This document shows positions 29,667-38,605 of a DNA stretch of 64,000 nt, piece after piece. Origin of the DNA: Candidatus Woesearchaeota archaeon (GTDB lineage: Archaea > Nanobdellota > Nanobdellia > Woesearchaeales > GCA-2686295); the NCBI GenBank assembly GCA_937912225.1, contig CALDOJ010000034.1, forward strand, positions 556-64,555. Reading direction: 5' to 3'. How positions within the stretch are numbered: the stretch's first letter is position 1; the number at the start of each line of letters is the position of its first letter. Both the position numbers and the translations under genes were made by a program. The notes under the pieces were generated by a model that worked only from the letters and a program-made list of their open reading frames with translations, was not told where the DNA came from and did not search any database.

Positions 29667-30896
29667 TCACTGATGCGTTGCATAGTGAGGTTGTTCTGGA
29701 ATAGCAGATAATCTTTGCTGGTTCTCTGCCCATTCCATCTTTTGATTGTTAAGGTCTTTCATAAAGCCTTGAACTTGTTGAGTTACAGCTTCTGCTTTAT
29801 CAACATCATAGATAGGAGTTTTTAATAAATCAAAAACCTCTGCAGCTAAATGCGTAGTTAAATGTGCATTAGCTTCCATTAACTGTTGTGATTTAGCAGC
29901 AACTTCTACTAAAGTCTTTTTAATATCTAAAGCAGCAACACCGGCTGAAGCAATCTTTCCTTGTATTTTAAATACAGGAACCATATCTTCCATTGCGTGT
30001 TTATATTTAATTTCAAGTTCGCTCATTGAGTCTATCAAAGCATTGATAGCTACATAGTTTGCTTTTGAAGCAGCTGCAGCTCCTTTTGCTGATTGAACTC
30101 CTTCTGCCGAGTCTAATATTTCTCTTCTAATACTAGAAACTACTCCATCTGCAGATAATTTTCCATCCAGAACTCCATATTTCATGTCTAAGACTTGAGT
30201 CATTTCACTTGTCAATCTGTCTACAGATTTCAAATCACTTGATTCTTTTGCTACTTGTATTTGACTTTCATAATCAACAAGAACTGTTTCAATATCTTTT
30301 AGTTCTGTTTGTAATTTCTCAACTTCACTCTTTGCTTGTTCCATATCAGAAGAAGTATATAATCCATTTTTCAGACTATCAATTAATTTTTGATCAAGAG
30401 ATTTCATATGAGCAACATTTTCAACTTGCATTGATTCTGCATTTGCTCTTCCATCAATTGCGTTTTGATATTGGTCTCCTAAGACTTCAGCTATACGATC
30501 AACCATGTATTCTAATGCATCTCCTTTTTTTCCAGCTGCATCAATTTTCATTTGTCTAGCTTTTCCTTTTCGTCCAATAAATTCATTGAATTTAATTCTA
30601 ATACCTTCTCCAGTAGTATATAATTTCTTTGAACCAATTAATGTTTGAAAATTAACATTTAATTTTCCATATGTTTCTGCTAATTCAACCATATCTAGTT
30701 GTAAAGCAGCCATTTCTTTGTGAATAGCACCAGTACTTGTTTGTGTTGAAGAAGGCACTTTACCTAATCTTTTTTTGTCCATTTCTAGTGTTTCTTCTGA
30801 TGCGTCAAACGCTTCATACACTTCTTCTTTAGAAGTTGATTTTTCAACTTTATATTTATCAGTTAGTTCTTCCAATTTTGTTTTTTGTTCACTCAT
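29667..30896 (-). CDS. Long all-helical coiled-coil protein
   Basis: 409 aa rich in A/E/K/Q/M heptads; AGGAGG SD and its own TATA (30976-30982). Confidence 0.72.
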   Translation of the reverse strand: MSEQKTKLEELTDKYKVEKSTSKEEVYEAFDASEETLEMDKKRLGKVPSSTQTSTGAIHKEMAALQLDMVELAETYGKLNVNFQTLIGSKKLYTTGEGIRIKFNEFIGRKGKARQMKIDAAGKKGDALEYMVDRIAEVLGDQYQNAIDGRANAESMQVENVAHMKSLDQKLIDSLKNGLYTSSDMEQAKSEVEKLQTELKDIETVLVDYESQIQVAKESSDLKSVDRLTSEMTQVLDMKYGVLDGKLSADGVVSSIRREILDSAEGVQSAKGAAAASKANYVAINALIDSMSELEIKYKHAMEDMVPVFKIQGKIASAGVAALDIKKTLVEVAAKSQQLMEANAHLTTHLAAEVFDLLKTPIYDVDKAEAVTQQVQGFMKDLNNQKMEWAENQQRLSAIPEQPHYATHQ

Positions 30897-30951
30897 TTTA
30901 TTCCTCCTAATATACTCTTTTTTTTATAAAATATCGAAAATATACTCTTTT

Positions 30952-30971
30952 TTATCACTGCGAAGTAGTTA
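30952..30971 (-). promoter_or_regulatory. TAACYACT-N4-AGTGATAA quasi-palindrome downstream of TATA
   Basis: TTATCACT-GCGA-AGTAGTTA; half-sites identical to 35668-35687. Confidence 0.55.
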
Positions 30972-30990
30972 TTATATATAAATGTTTCTA

Positions 30991-32421
30991 TTAAAAGTCT
31001 TTAATATCATATAAACCACCTATTGCACTGCCAACATCCCTGATCATACCGCCCGCGAATTGCCCGTTTGAAACAGGAACAACTTTAGTATCAGGTCCTG
31101 CAGCCATTCCAATTTCTTTAGTTATAGCCCGAGTACTTGAGTTTCCATCAATTAAAAACAATCTAAGCATGATTTCAGGACAATCTCGAAATTTAGAAGC
31201 TGAATTAATAGCTGCTTCAACAGAATCAGGCGCTCCATCACTAATTAAATAAGCAATAGAAGGACCTTTGCCTTGCAATACGTTAAACAACCAATCTAAA
31301 GCTAAATGAGTAGGTGTGCCACCATAAGGATGCACATTCTTCATCAAATCAGCAGTAGAAACAGGCCTAACTGAATCTTGACTATAAACAGATAAATAAA
31401 CATTATTCGAAGGATTTAATTGTCTCATCAAAGAATGATTAGCAAGAACAGTCTTTTGAGCCATAGAAAAACGATCACCCTCCATACTACCACTAAGATC
31501 AAGACTCATAGCAGTATCAATAGATACTTTAGTAGACTCAAAACTCTGCGATTTACCAACAATTAAATAAGGAAATTGAGGCTTTCTATAACCTCTTGTA
31601 CGAGAATAAATAGTAGATTGAACCCAATCAACATCAGATAATTCAGATAAATCTTCCATTTCATCCCAATGATCAACTACACCATCATAAGTTCTTTTTA
31701 AGTTTGACATGAACCCAGAATGACCGTCAGATGTCTCAATACCTTTAACAATTTCATCCAAAAAGATATCTTCTAAAGACTTCACAATTTGTTGCTCATC
31801 AAACTGCAGAACACCAGATTCATTAGATACATATTCAGAACTTTCAATAAAAGTTTTAAGTTTCTCTTTAGCAATTCTTGTAGCATCTGTTTTAATATTA
31901 ACTTCAGATTTTTGATCTTCCAGTTTAGATTCAATATCACCCTTCTTATTCTCAAATTCATCAGCAATGTTTCGAGTTTGTTCTTCTTTTTCAGTTATAC
32001 TCTGTTGATAAGCATCAGAAGCACCAACTAAATAATCATTAGCGCCACGCACAGCATCAGTATTATTAAGCAAAGTTTGTTCTGCTTGACTTAAAGCTAA
32101 AAGTTCATCTGTAAGATTAGCATCATAAACTTCTTGAATACTATCCCTAGTTTCAATTGCATAGGCTTCAATCATTTTATCAGTTTTTTTTGCATACCAA
32201 CCTTTGAAAACTTTTTTTCCAACAGCAAGTCTAAGACGAGCAGAACCAGATAAATCAAGAAAATCATGAACTATTTCACGAAAAACTGTTTCAGATTTAT
32301 AACGATTAGAAAAACGTTCAATAAACTCTTCTAATTGAGGAACTTGAGAAATACCACTAAAAGAACTAACAGGTTCTTGACCTTCATTCACAATTTCATC
32401 TATTTTATCTTCCATTTTCAA
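30991..32421 (-). CDS. Coiled-coil + VWA-domain protein (partner of chelatase-type AAA+)
   Basis: SLDLSGSM MIDAS, GGTP, LISDGAP; DRF..AQK..LA pattern of Rv0959-like VWA proteins. Confidence 0.82.
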   Translation of the reverse strand: MKMEDKIDEIVNEGQEPVSSFSGISQVPQLEEFIERFSNRYKSETVFREIVHDFLDLSGSARLRLAVGKKVFKGWYAKKTDKMIEAYAIETRDSIQEVYDANLTDELLALSQAEQTLLNNTDAVRGANDYLVGASDAYQQSITEKEEQTRNIADEFENKKGDIESKLEDQKSEVNIKTDATRIAKEKLKTFIESSEYVSNESGVLQFDEQQIVKSLEDIFLDEIVKGIETSDGHSGFMSNLKRTYDGVVDHWDEMEDLSELSDVDWVQSTIYSRTRGYRKPQFPYLIVGKSQSFESTKVSIDTAMSLDLSGSMEGDRFSMAQKTVLANHSLMRQLNPSNNVYLSVYSQDSVRPVSTADLMKNVHPYGGTPTHLALDWLFNVLQGKGPSIAYLISDGAPDSVEAAINSASKFRDCPEIMLRLFLIDGNSSTRAITKEIGMAAGPDTKVVPVSNGQFAGGMIRDVGSAIGGLYDIKDF

Positions 32422-33227
32422 AATAATTTATAATTAAGTACTTTCCAGACTTTTCTACCAAATCGATAAATAGGCCCGTCTTTTTGTTCAGTAGCAGTTT
32501 TTCGTTGCCAAAAATGTTTCTTCTCAACTAAAGTATCAAGAGTTTCACCTTCTAAAGGATCAATCTCCCCTTTAACAGTTGCAAGATCTAAAGCTCTTTG
32601 AATATTAGAACTCCCATAATAAGCAAAACTTTGATCTGCATAAGCAGGATCCATACTGGAAACATCAAGATGACTTACACGTTTCTTTCGTTTAGCTTTT
32701 TTCTTTTCAGGACCTGAATAACCATCTTGTAAAGCATCATTAATTCTCATAAGTTTTTCATAAGCTTCACGACCGCCAACTGCTTGTAATTTCTCTTCAA
32801 TTCTCGCCCTCATTTCATTAAGACGAGCTTGAGCAGCAGTATACGCTTTATTTGATGAATCAACTTTAGAATCGGCGTCTCTTTTAGCTCTTTCTTTATC
32901 AGCAACTTCTTTACCAAGAGTTTGTTCAATTTCAAAAAGAACTTGTTCTTTTTCAAATTCTTCTGCAGCAATAGCTTTTTTTTGTTGATAATCAAGCTTA
33001 TCAAGTGCAGCATCTTTTTGAAACTCAAGATTCTCAGCGATTTGTTCAGATAACTGTTCAATAATACTATAATCATTAAGAATCGCATCAACAGCATTTG
33101 TTGCAGAAGAGCCATTCTTCCAAGCATCAACCATTGCACGCTTAATAACTTCGTCTATATTAGAAAAATCAATAGGCGGAATACGAAATAATGCACAATC
33201 CGCTAACCTATAATCGCTAAGTCTCAT
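32418..33227 (-). CDS. Hypothetical coiled-coil protein
   Basis: 269 aa, helical; ATGA overlap with the VWA gene. Confidence 0.65.
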   Translation of the reverse strand: MRLSDYRLADCALFRIPPIDFSNIDEVIKRAMVDAWKNGSSATNAVDAILNDYSIIEQLSEQIAENLEFQKDAALDKLDYQQKKAIAAEEFEKEQVLFEIEQTLGKEVADKERAKRDADSKVDSSNKAYTAAQARLNEMRARIEEKLQAVGGREAYEKLMRINDALQDGYSGPEKKKAKRKKRVSHLDVSSMDPAYADQSFAYYGSSNIQRALDLATVKGEIDPLEGETLDTLVEKKHFWQRKTATEQKDGPIYRFGRKVWKVLNYKLF

Positions 33228-33237
33228 TGTTCAGAGA

Positions 33238-35532
33238 TTACTTTTCTCCACCAATTTCACAACTAGTGTTCTCTCTGCTCTTCATAAAATACTCCATCGA
33301 TGTAATTAATTCAGAAACAGTTATTTCACCAAAGTTTGGTTGTTGTCTAAACAAGTAATCCATGAAAGGAAACATTATTTTTGCTTCTTGTTGTCTCTTT
33401 GAAGGATTCGGACTATAAGCCTGTTTAACTTGGTTAAAATTAGCAGTTGCAACTTCAACATTATTTTCATATGAATCTAATTCTTGAATTAAATTATCTT
33501 CAATTTCAGGAATTTGAGTCTTTGCAATAGCAACTTCTTTATAAGCTCTGCACCACCAAGTATCTTCTTCTCGATTCAAGACATCATTAAAATTGTTCTC
33601 AACCCATCCAATAAGTGCCTCTTTAGAACTAATATCCGCGTCACGAGTACTTTCTTGAACTCTAGAACAAAAAGCGAATTGAATACCAGAAATAGCATAT
33701 TCTGCAGTTGCAACTTCAGGAGCTTCTTCATAAAACAATTTATCAAGAGTTAATTGTGCTCTTGCAGCATCTAATGCATCAAACTTTGCACGATTACTTC
33801 CAGTTTCTTTTTGCTTTCCAGCACCAGTATATTCTGCTCTAAATTTTAAAAATAAAGCATCAACTGCTCGTTCAATAATTACAGGCATTTGAACCTTTCT
33901 AATTGATAACTCACCATTATCTCTGTGCGTATCTCCAACGTCATAAGATTCAACTTCATTTGCTTCTTTATGATAACCTTTTCTAGTAATACTATAACTA
34001 GTATCTTCATCTGTTGGATAACGAATAGCCATAAGAGCCATTCGATCATTCAAAGGACCAGTAAACACAGTATGATCATTCGCAGTTCCAATTATTAAAG
34101 CATCCGCAGGATATTCAAATCTTAATTGATCAGGTTTAATAGTTTCATCTTCAAGCGCTTTTAACATGCTACTATAAGCTTGAGGTCTTAACTTATCCAT
34201 CTCATCAAAAAATGCAATGCCATTATTTGTTCTTACAAGCAAACCTGCATGAAATCCTTCAGGATCGAAGTCACTTTCTCGTTTACCAGTTGTAGTACCA
34301 TCAAGTTTAGGAGTTTTATAACCTGCCAAATCCATTCGTTTTAAACCTTCAGTTCCTTCTGAACTTTCAATACCCATACCTTTACCATACTTTGCAACTT
34401 TGACTTTTACATCTTTAGCAGCAGGTTTTTTGAAAAAACCAGTATCTTTAAAATTAGGGTCGTAAGAAATTTTACATTCAGGACAAGCATCAATTATTTT
34501 TGAAAAGTCCTCATCAAAAAGACTATAAGGATTACATTGTGCTTGACAACCATCAACAATGAAAATAACTTCTTGTTGTTGTGCAATATCAATAATATCT
34601 GCACTAATTTGCGATTTTCCACCACCCGGAGGACCATAGAAAACAAAGTCTTTTCCAAGTAATAAAGCCTTTACAACTCTTTCGGCTCTTTTTGTACTAA
34701 TAACAGTTTTTGGAAAGAATTCGCCAAGAACATATCTTTTAATTTCTTCTTCTTTATCAGCAGGAACTATTTGTCCTAAACTAGAAGCTTGAATATCTTC
34801 ATAATGACCATTAATTCCTAATTTAAAGTTAGTTCTTCTTCCTTGTTTAGCAATAGGTTCATCAAACTCGACATCTATTGTATTACGAGAAGGCACATAA
34901 TGTTTAAGCATAGCAGTTGCTCCCGCCTCAATTTTAATTCCACCACTAATTCGTTCAGAATTAGAATCCCAAACACTTGATGCATCAAATCCTTTTTTAA
35001 ATCTGATCTTATGTCCAAGTTTTTTATCAGCAACAACTTCATCATCAAGAGAATAACCAACAGTTATAGTTCTCTTTCCAGGAAATAGTTTTAAATTATT
35101 CAAAGGAACATATAATCCATGTTCATCATTAAGAGCACCATTCAAATTATTAGCACCTTCAAATCCTTTATTAAATTCAATTCCAACTAAAGGTACTCCT
35201 CTAGTAGTTATTGGCGTTTTAATAACTCCCTTCATACCAGCTATAGGTCGCCCTTCATAATTAGACATTGCTTCAACTTTCATTCCTTCTTGAGCATACT
35301 TCATTATTTCCTCAGCACCAGTTACTAATGGAGGAACTTTTTCAGTTATACTGTTGAATGCAGAATTCCATTTTCCAAGCATTTCATCATTTATTTGCGG
35401 TACAATTGTTTTGAGAATTGACTCTAATCTTCTACGAGTGATTAAAGCGAGATGTGTTGAAGAAGTTTTTGGAACAACTCCTAAATTTACTAAATCTTTT
35501 CCTGTTTTGACCTTAAGGTAATCTTCAAGCAT
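33238..35532 (-). CDS. Mg-chelatase/MoxR-like AAA+ ATPase with N-terminal SH3-like repeats
   Basis: GPPGGGKS, GLLVRTNNGIAFFDEMDKL, IIGTAN, LNDR; GC..CNP...CPEC; N-terminal GMKGVIK..VGIEF..HGLYVP..L and a second DVEFDEP repeat. Confidence 0.82.
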   Translation of the reverse strand: MLEDYLKVKTGKDLVNLGVVPKTSSTHLALITRRRLESILKTIVPQINDEMLGKWNSAFNSITEKVPPLVTGAEEIMKYAQEGMKVEAMSNYEGRPIAGMKGVIKTPITTRGVPLVGIEFNKGFEGANNLNGALNDEHGLYVPLNNLKLFPGKRTITVGYSLDDEVVADKKLGHKIRFKKGFDASSVWDSNSERISGGIKIEAGATAMLKHYVPSRNTIDVEFDEPIAKQGRRTNFKLGINGHYEDIQASSLGQIVPADKEEEIKRYVLGEFFPKTVISTKRAERVVKALLLGKDFVFYGPPGGGKSQISADIIDIAQQQEVIFIVDGCQAQCNPYSLFDEDFSKIIDACPECKISYDPNFKDTGFFKKPAAKDVKVKVAKYGKGMGIESSEGTEGLKRMDLAGYKTPKLDGTTTGKRESDFDPEGFHAGLLVRTNNGIAFFDEMDKLRPQAYSSMLKALEDETIKPDQLRFEYPADALIIGTANDHTVFTGPLNDRMALMAIRYPTDEDTSYSITRKGYHKEANEVESYDVGDTHRDNGELSIRKVQMPVIIERAVDALFLKFRAEYTGAGKQKETGSNRAKFDALDAARAQLTLDKLFYEEAPEVATAEYAISGIQFAFCSRVQESTRDADISSKEALIGWVENNFNDVLNREEDTWWCRAYKEVAIAKTQIPEIEDNLIQELDSYENNVEVATANFNQVKQAYSPNPSKRQQEAKIMFPFMDYLFRQQPNFGEITVSELITSMEYFMKSRENTSCEIGGEK

Positions 35533-35620
35533 TTTTTACGCCTCCAAAAATGTTAATTTTTGAGATTCCAGAAAGCTCTGCTTTCCGATAACCTCCTAAA
35601 AAATAATATATTTTAAACAT
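35525..35620 (-). other. 31-aa leaderless upstream micro-ORF spanning a palindrome
   Basis: MFKIYYFLGGYRKAELSGISKINIFGGVKNA*; ATG about 28 nt below TATA; stop overlaps the AAA+ start (ATGCTTGA). Confidence 0.4.
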
Positions 35621-35647
35621 GTTTTTACTCTTAGAATAAGATTATAG

Positions 35648-35687
35648 TATATAAATGTTTCGATTTGTAACTACTATTAAGTGATAA
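35648..35687 (-). promoter_or_regulatory. BRE/TATA promoter of the AAA+/VWA operon with upstream palindrome
   Basis: AGTAGTTACAAATCGAAACATTTATATA is 25/28 identical to 46812-46839; TAACTACT-ATTA-AGTGATAA at 35668-35687. Confidence 0.7.
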
Positions 35688-35698
35688 TAAATTGGGTC

Positions 35699-36835
35699 TT
35701 AGAAATAATTCCTAATCATATCAGTAAAAGCCCTAGCAATATTATTCAACTGCCTTTTTTCAAACTTTGTTTCAGCAAGAGTTTGACCCTCTAAAGGTTT
35801 ATCAGAACCTACACCAGCAAAGAAATATCTTACTGCATCAACACCATCATAATGATTATGATAACTAGCCATAGGGCCCCATTCCATATCAATAGTTGTA
35901 GCACCAAGATCTCTTGCTTCTTCTAACACAACTCTTTTTTGTCTTAAGATTGATGCAGTATTCAAAGTCGAACCTTCATGAAATGAACCAACATATTTTT
36001 CAAGCATTTCCGTAGCTTTAGGATTAATTAATAATTGATTATTAATTGGATAAATTGTTTGTAAATTATCCTTCAATAATTTCTCATCCATAAATCCTGT
36101 TGGTACAAATACATCTCCAACATTAGCTTTTGAATCTAAAACTCCAACTTTACCATAATGAAAAATATTAACCCACGCACCCAATACTTCATTATTAGTT
36201 GCTAAACAAAATTGTTCTATAACATTCTTTGCCTGGTCAGCAAAAACATAATCAAAATTAACAGCAAAATATCCGCCCATGTCAAGCAATCTGTAATTCA
36301 AAAAATCATTTTTTATTTCATCAATTACTTCAATACCTTCATCTAATGGAAAATTATCAAACGGTCCAAAAATAACATTTAAAACACCATCATGAGTAAA
36401 CTCTTCAACATCCAATCTATCATAAGCCTCATTTACAAGTTCAAATGCTAAATCTCTAAATCTTGCACTTGCAAATTTTTGTTCGCCACCAAAATGTTTT
36501 ATATCCCAGTTTAGTTTTTGTTCTGTTGCTCTTCCTAAAATACCAAAATGATGCCTGATTCTATCATAACGTATATCGCCTTTAGTATTTATTACATGAA
36601 GCGTTCCTGTTGCTTCATCATAGAAATTGCTTTCAACAGAAGCAATTGGTTTAAACTTGAGAAAGCCCCCCATCTCAGGTTCTACTTCCTCTGGTTTAAA
36701 TCCATTATGAAGAACTAAATGTTCTAAGTTCTCAAGTTGTTTTGCCCTGATTGCCTCATCAGGATGCAGTTGTCTATCAACAGTATATTGCACTCTTTTT
36801 TCATCATCCATTAAATCTGTATATATATCAGTCAT
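35699..36835 (-). CDS. Nucleoside phosphorylase/nucleosidase-fold protein (PNP_UDP-like)
   Basis: DYVFADQA, IFHYGKVGVL...GDVFVPT, GSTLNTASIL, IDMEW, VGSDKP match the order of PNP-fold elements (GxxG, GD, xDME, SD). Confidence 0.65.
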   Translation of the reverse strand: MTDIYTDLMDDEKRVQYTVDRQLHPDEAIRAKQLENLEHLVLHNGFKPEEVEPEMGGFLKFKPIASVESNFYDEATGTLHVINTKGDIRYDRIRHHFGILGRATEQKLNWDIKHFGGEQKFASARFRDLAFELVNEAYDRLDVEEFTHDGVLNVIFGPFDNFPLDEGIEVIDEIKNDFLNYRLLDMGGYFAVNFDYVFADQAKNVIEQFCLATNNEVLGAWVNIFHYGKVGVLDSKANVGDVFVPTGFMDEKLLKDNLQTIYPINNQLLINPKATEMLEKYVGSFHEGSTLNTASILRQKRVVLEEARDLGATTIDMEWGPMASYHNHYDGVDAVRYFFAGVGSDKPLEGQTLAETKFEKRQLNNIARAFTDMIRNYF

Positions 36836-36836
36836 T

Positions 36837-37037
36837 TTAATAGTAAGTATTCCTCATTCTTCTTTCTCTTCTGCCAGAGCCATATAAATTAAAATGGTCT
36901 CCTGCTTTATCCCAAATAGCTCCAGCTCCAGCTCCAAGAGCAGTATATCCTAAAAGAACTAATCCAAATAAGCCTATACGGAATTTGTTTAAATTAGATC
37001 CTGCTTTAAAGTTCATTTCATAACCATCCATAGCCAT
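36837..37037 (-). CDS. Small single-pass membrane protein
   Basis: 66 aa, one Gly-rich TM; TATA (CTTTATATAT) just upstream; 1 bp from the next gene. Confidence 0.5.
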   Translation of the reverse strand: MAMDGYEMNFKAGSNLNKFRIGLFGLVLLGYTALGAGAGAIWDKAGDHFNLYGSGRRERRMRNTYY

Positions 37038-37070
37038 TTTTTATTTAATAATTCGTTTCAATATATAAAG

Positions 37071-37850
37071 CTACCTATTTTTACCACTCTTTAGTGGTTT
37101 ATTCAAATATTTTTGCATATGATTGAAAGGATCGTCATAACAAAGACAACCAAGAGGAGTTAAAAAATCAGAGAATGTTTGTGCATAAGCAACCAAATCA
37201 CTTATTAAATCTTTATGGTCTTGAAAATTTTGATAAACAACTTCTCTGCCAACAACTCTACCTTTGTTAAGTTCAGATTTATTAATACAATGATCTTTAA
37301 TTAACCAATCAATTGTTTCAGTATCATTAGGATCAAAAATAGCACCAAAATCAATTTGATTAATTTTCAAATCACCAGTTAATAAAACATTAACAGCTCG
37401 CCTATCTTTCAAAGCTAAAGTGTTAACAAGCTCCATTGAATAACCAAAACTATATGCAACTTCCAATTCTTTACCTTCAGGAACATAAAATTTTTTGCCA
37501 GGAAGACCTTCCATCATGACGAGATTTTCATTATGAAGGCCATCCCAAGTAATAAAATTGTGATTCGCACCAGCCAAAATATTATCCAAAGCCATACCAA
37601 GAGCTTCTCTAGAAGCACCTTCCAAAGAAGTTTTAACATAAACATCTTTCTTAGAACCGTTCTTAAGAACAGCTTCATACTTATCAACAGAATAACCAGT
37701 TTTAATTTCAGAAACGTGTTTGAACTTCACAGGTTTTTCACCAAACAAAACACCAGATAATTGTTTAATTCTTCGCGTACGATAATTAAAATGACTAGGT
37801 GCAGGCGGAAGACGAACACGACCAAGAAGTTTATCCAAATCAACATTCAT
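37071..37850 (-). CDS. PI3K/HipA-like kinase, paralog 9
   Basis: VYVK, EALG, LALKDRRAVNVLL, INQIDFG, DDPF. Confidence 0.8.
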   Translation of the reverse strand: MNVDLDKLLGRVRLPPAPSHFNYRTRRIKQLSGVLFGEKPVKFKHVSEIKTGYSVDKYEAVLKNGSKKDVYVKTSLEGASREALGMALDNILAGANHNFITWDGLHNENLVMMEGLPGKKFYVPEGKELEVAYSFGYSMELVNTLALKDRRAVNVLLTGDLKINQIDFGAIFDPNDTETIDWLIKDHCINKSELNKGRVVGREVVYQNFQDHKDLISDLVAYAQTFSDFLTPLGCLCYDDPFNHMQKYLNKPLKSGKNR

Positions 37851-38605
37851 CGAGCAACCCCCAAATAATCACACATATAAACAAACGGATCATCACAAAC
37901 AGGTTTTTGAACACAAGTGAAATCTTCAAAAGACCTTGCATAAACAATTAAATCTTCAATTAAATTTTTATTATCTTTAAAATTTTGACGCACCACTTCT
38001 TTACCAGCAACTCGTCCTTTATTTAATTGAACAGAATCCATACTATGAAAATCAATTAAATATTCAATAGAACCATTATCACCAGGATAAAAAAGCGAAC
38101 CAAAATCAATATGATTAATATTAAAGGTTTCAGTTAACAAAACATTAGTAACCCATCTATCTTTAAGAGATAAAGCATTTACTAATTCCATCGAATATCC
38201 AAGATTAAAAGCAACTTCTTTTTCTTTGCCTTTTGGCACATAAAAATCCTCTCCAGGAAGATTTTCCATCACCAGATTATGATTACCAAAACGATCATCC
38301 CATAAAAAATAATTATGACCTGCATCTTGCAACATATTTGCCAAAGTCATTCCAAGCGCTTCTTTGTAAACACCTTCCCAAGACTGTTTAACATAAAAAT
38401 CCTTTTTTGAACCATCTTGAAAAGTAGCTTTATACATATGAACAGTTGATGCATGACCAAGATCACAAGAATGACTAATTTTCTTAGGCATTTCATCAAA
38501 TAATAAACTAGATAATTGTTTAATTCTACGCTTATAAGTATTAACATTAAAAGGCTCAGGAAGTTCAACAATTCCAAGATGTTTATCTAAAACAATATCA
38601 GTCAT
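37847..38605 (-). CDS. PI3K/HipA-like kinase, paralog 8
   Basis: FYVK, EALG, LSLKDRWVTNVLL, INHIDFG, DDPF. Confidence 0.8.
   Translation of the reverse strand: MTDIVLDKHLGIVELPEPFNVNTYKRRIKQLSSLLFDEMPKKISHSCDLGHASTVHMYKATFQDGSKKDFYVKQSWEGVYKEALGMTLANMLQDAGHNYFLWDDRFGNHNLVMENLPGEDFYVPKGKEKEVAFNLGYSMELVNALSLKDRWVTNVLLTETFNINHIDFGSLFYPGDNGSIEYLIDFHSMDSVQLNKGRVAGKEVVRQNFKDNKNLIEDLIVYARSFEDFTCVQKPVCDDPFVYMCDYLGVAR

Noticed and set aside
30909-30953. 15-bp direct repeat AATATACTCTTTTTT in the leader of the coiled-coil gene
   Set aside because: Low complexity and only two copies; cannot be told from chance or slippage.
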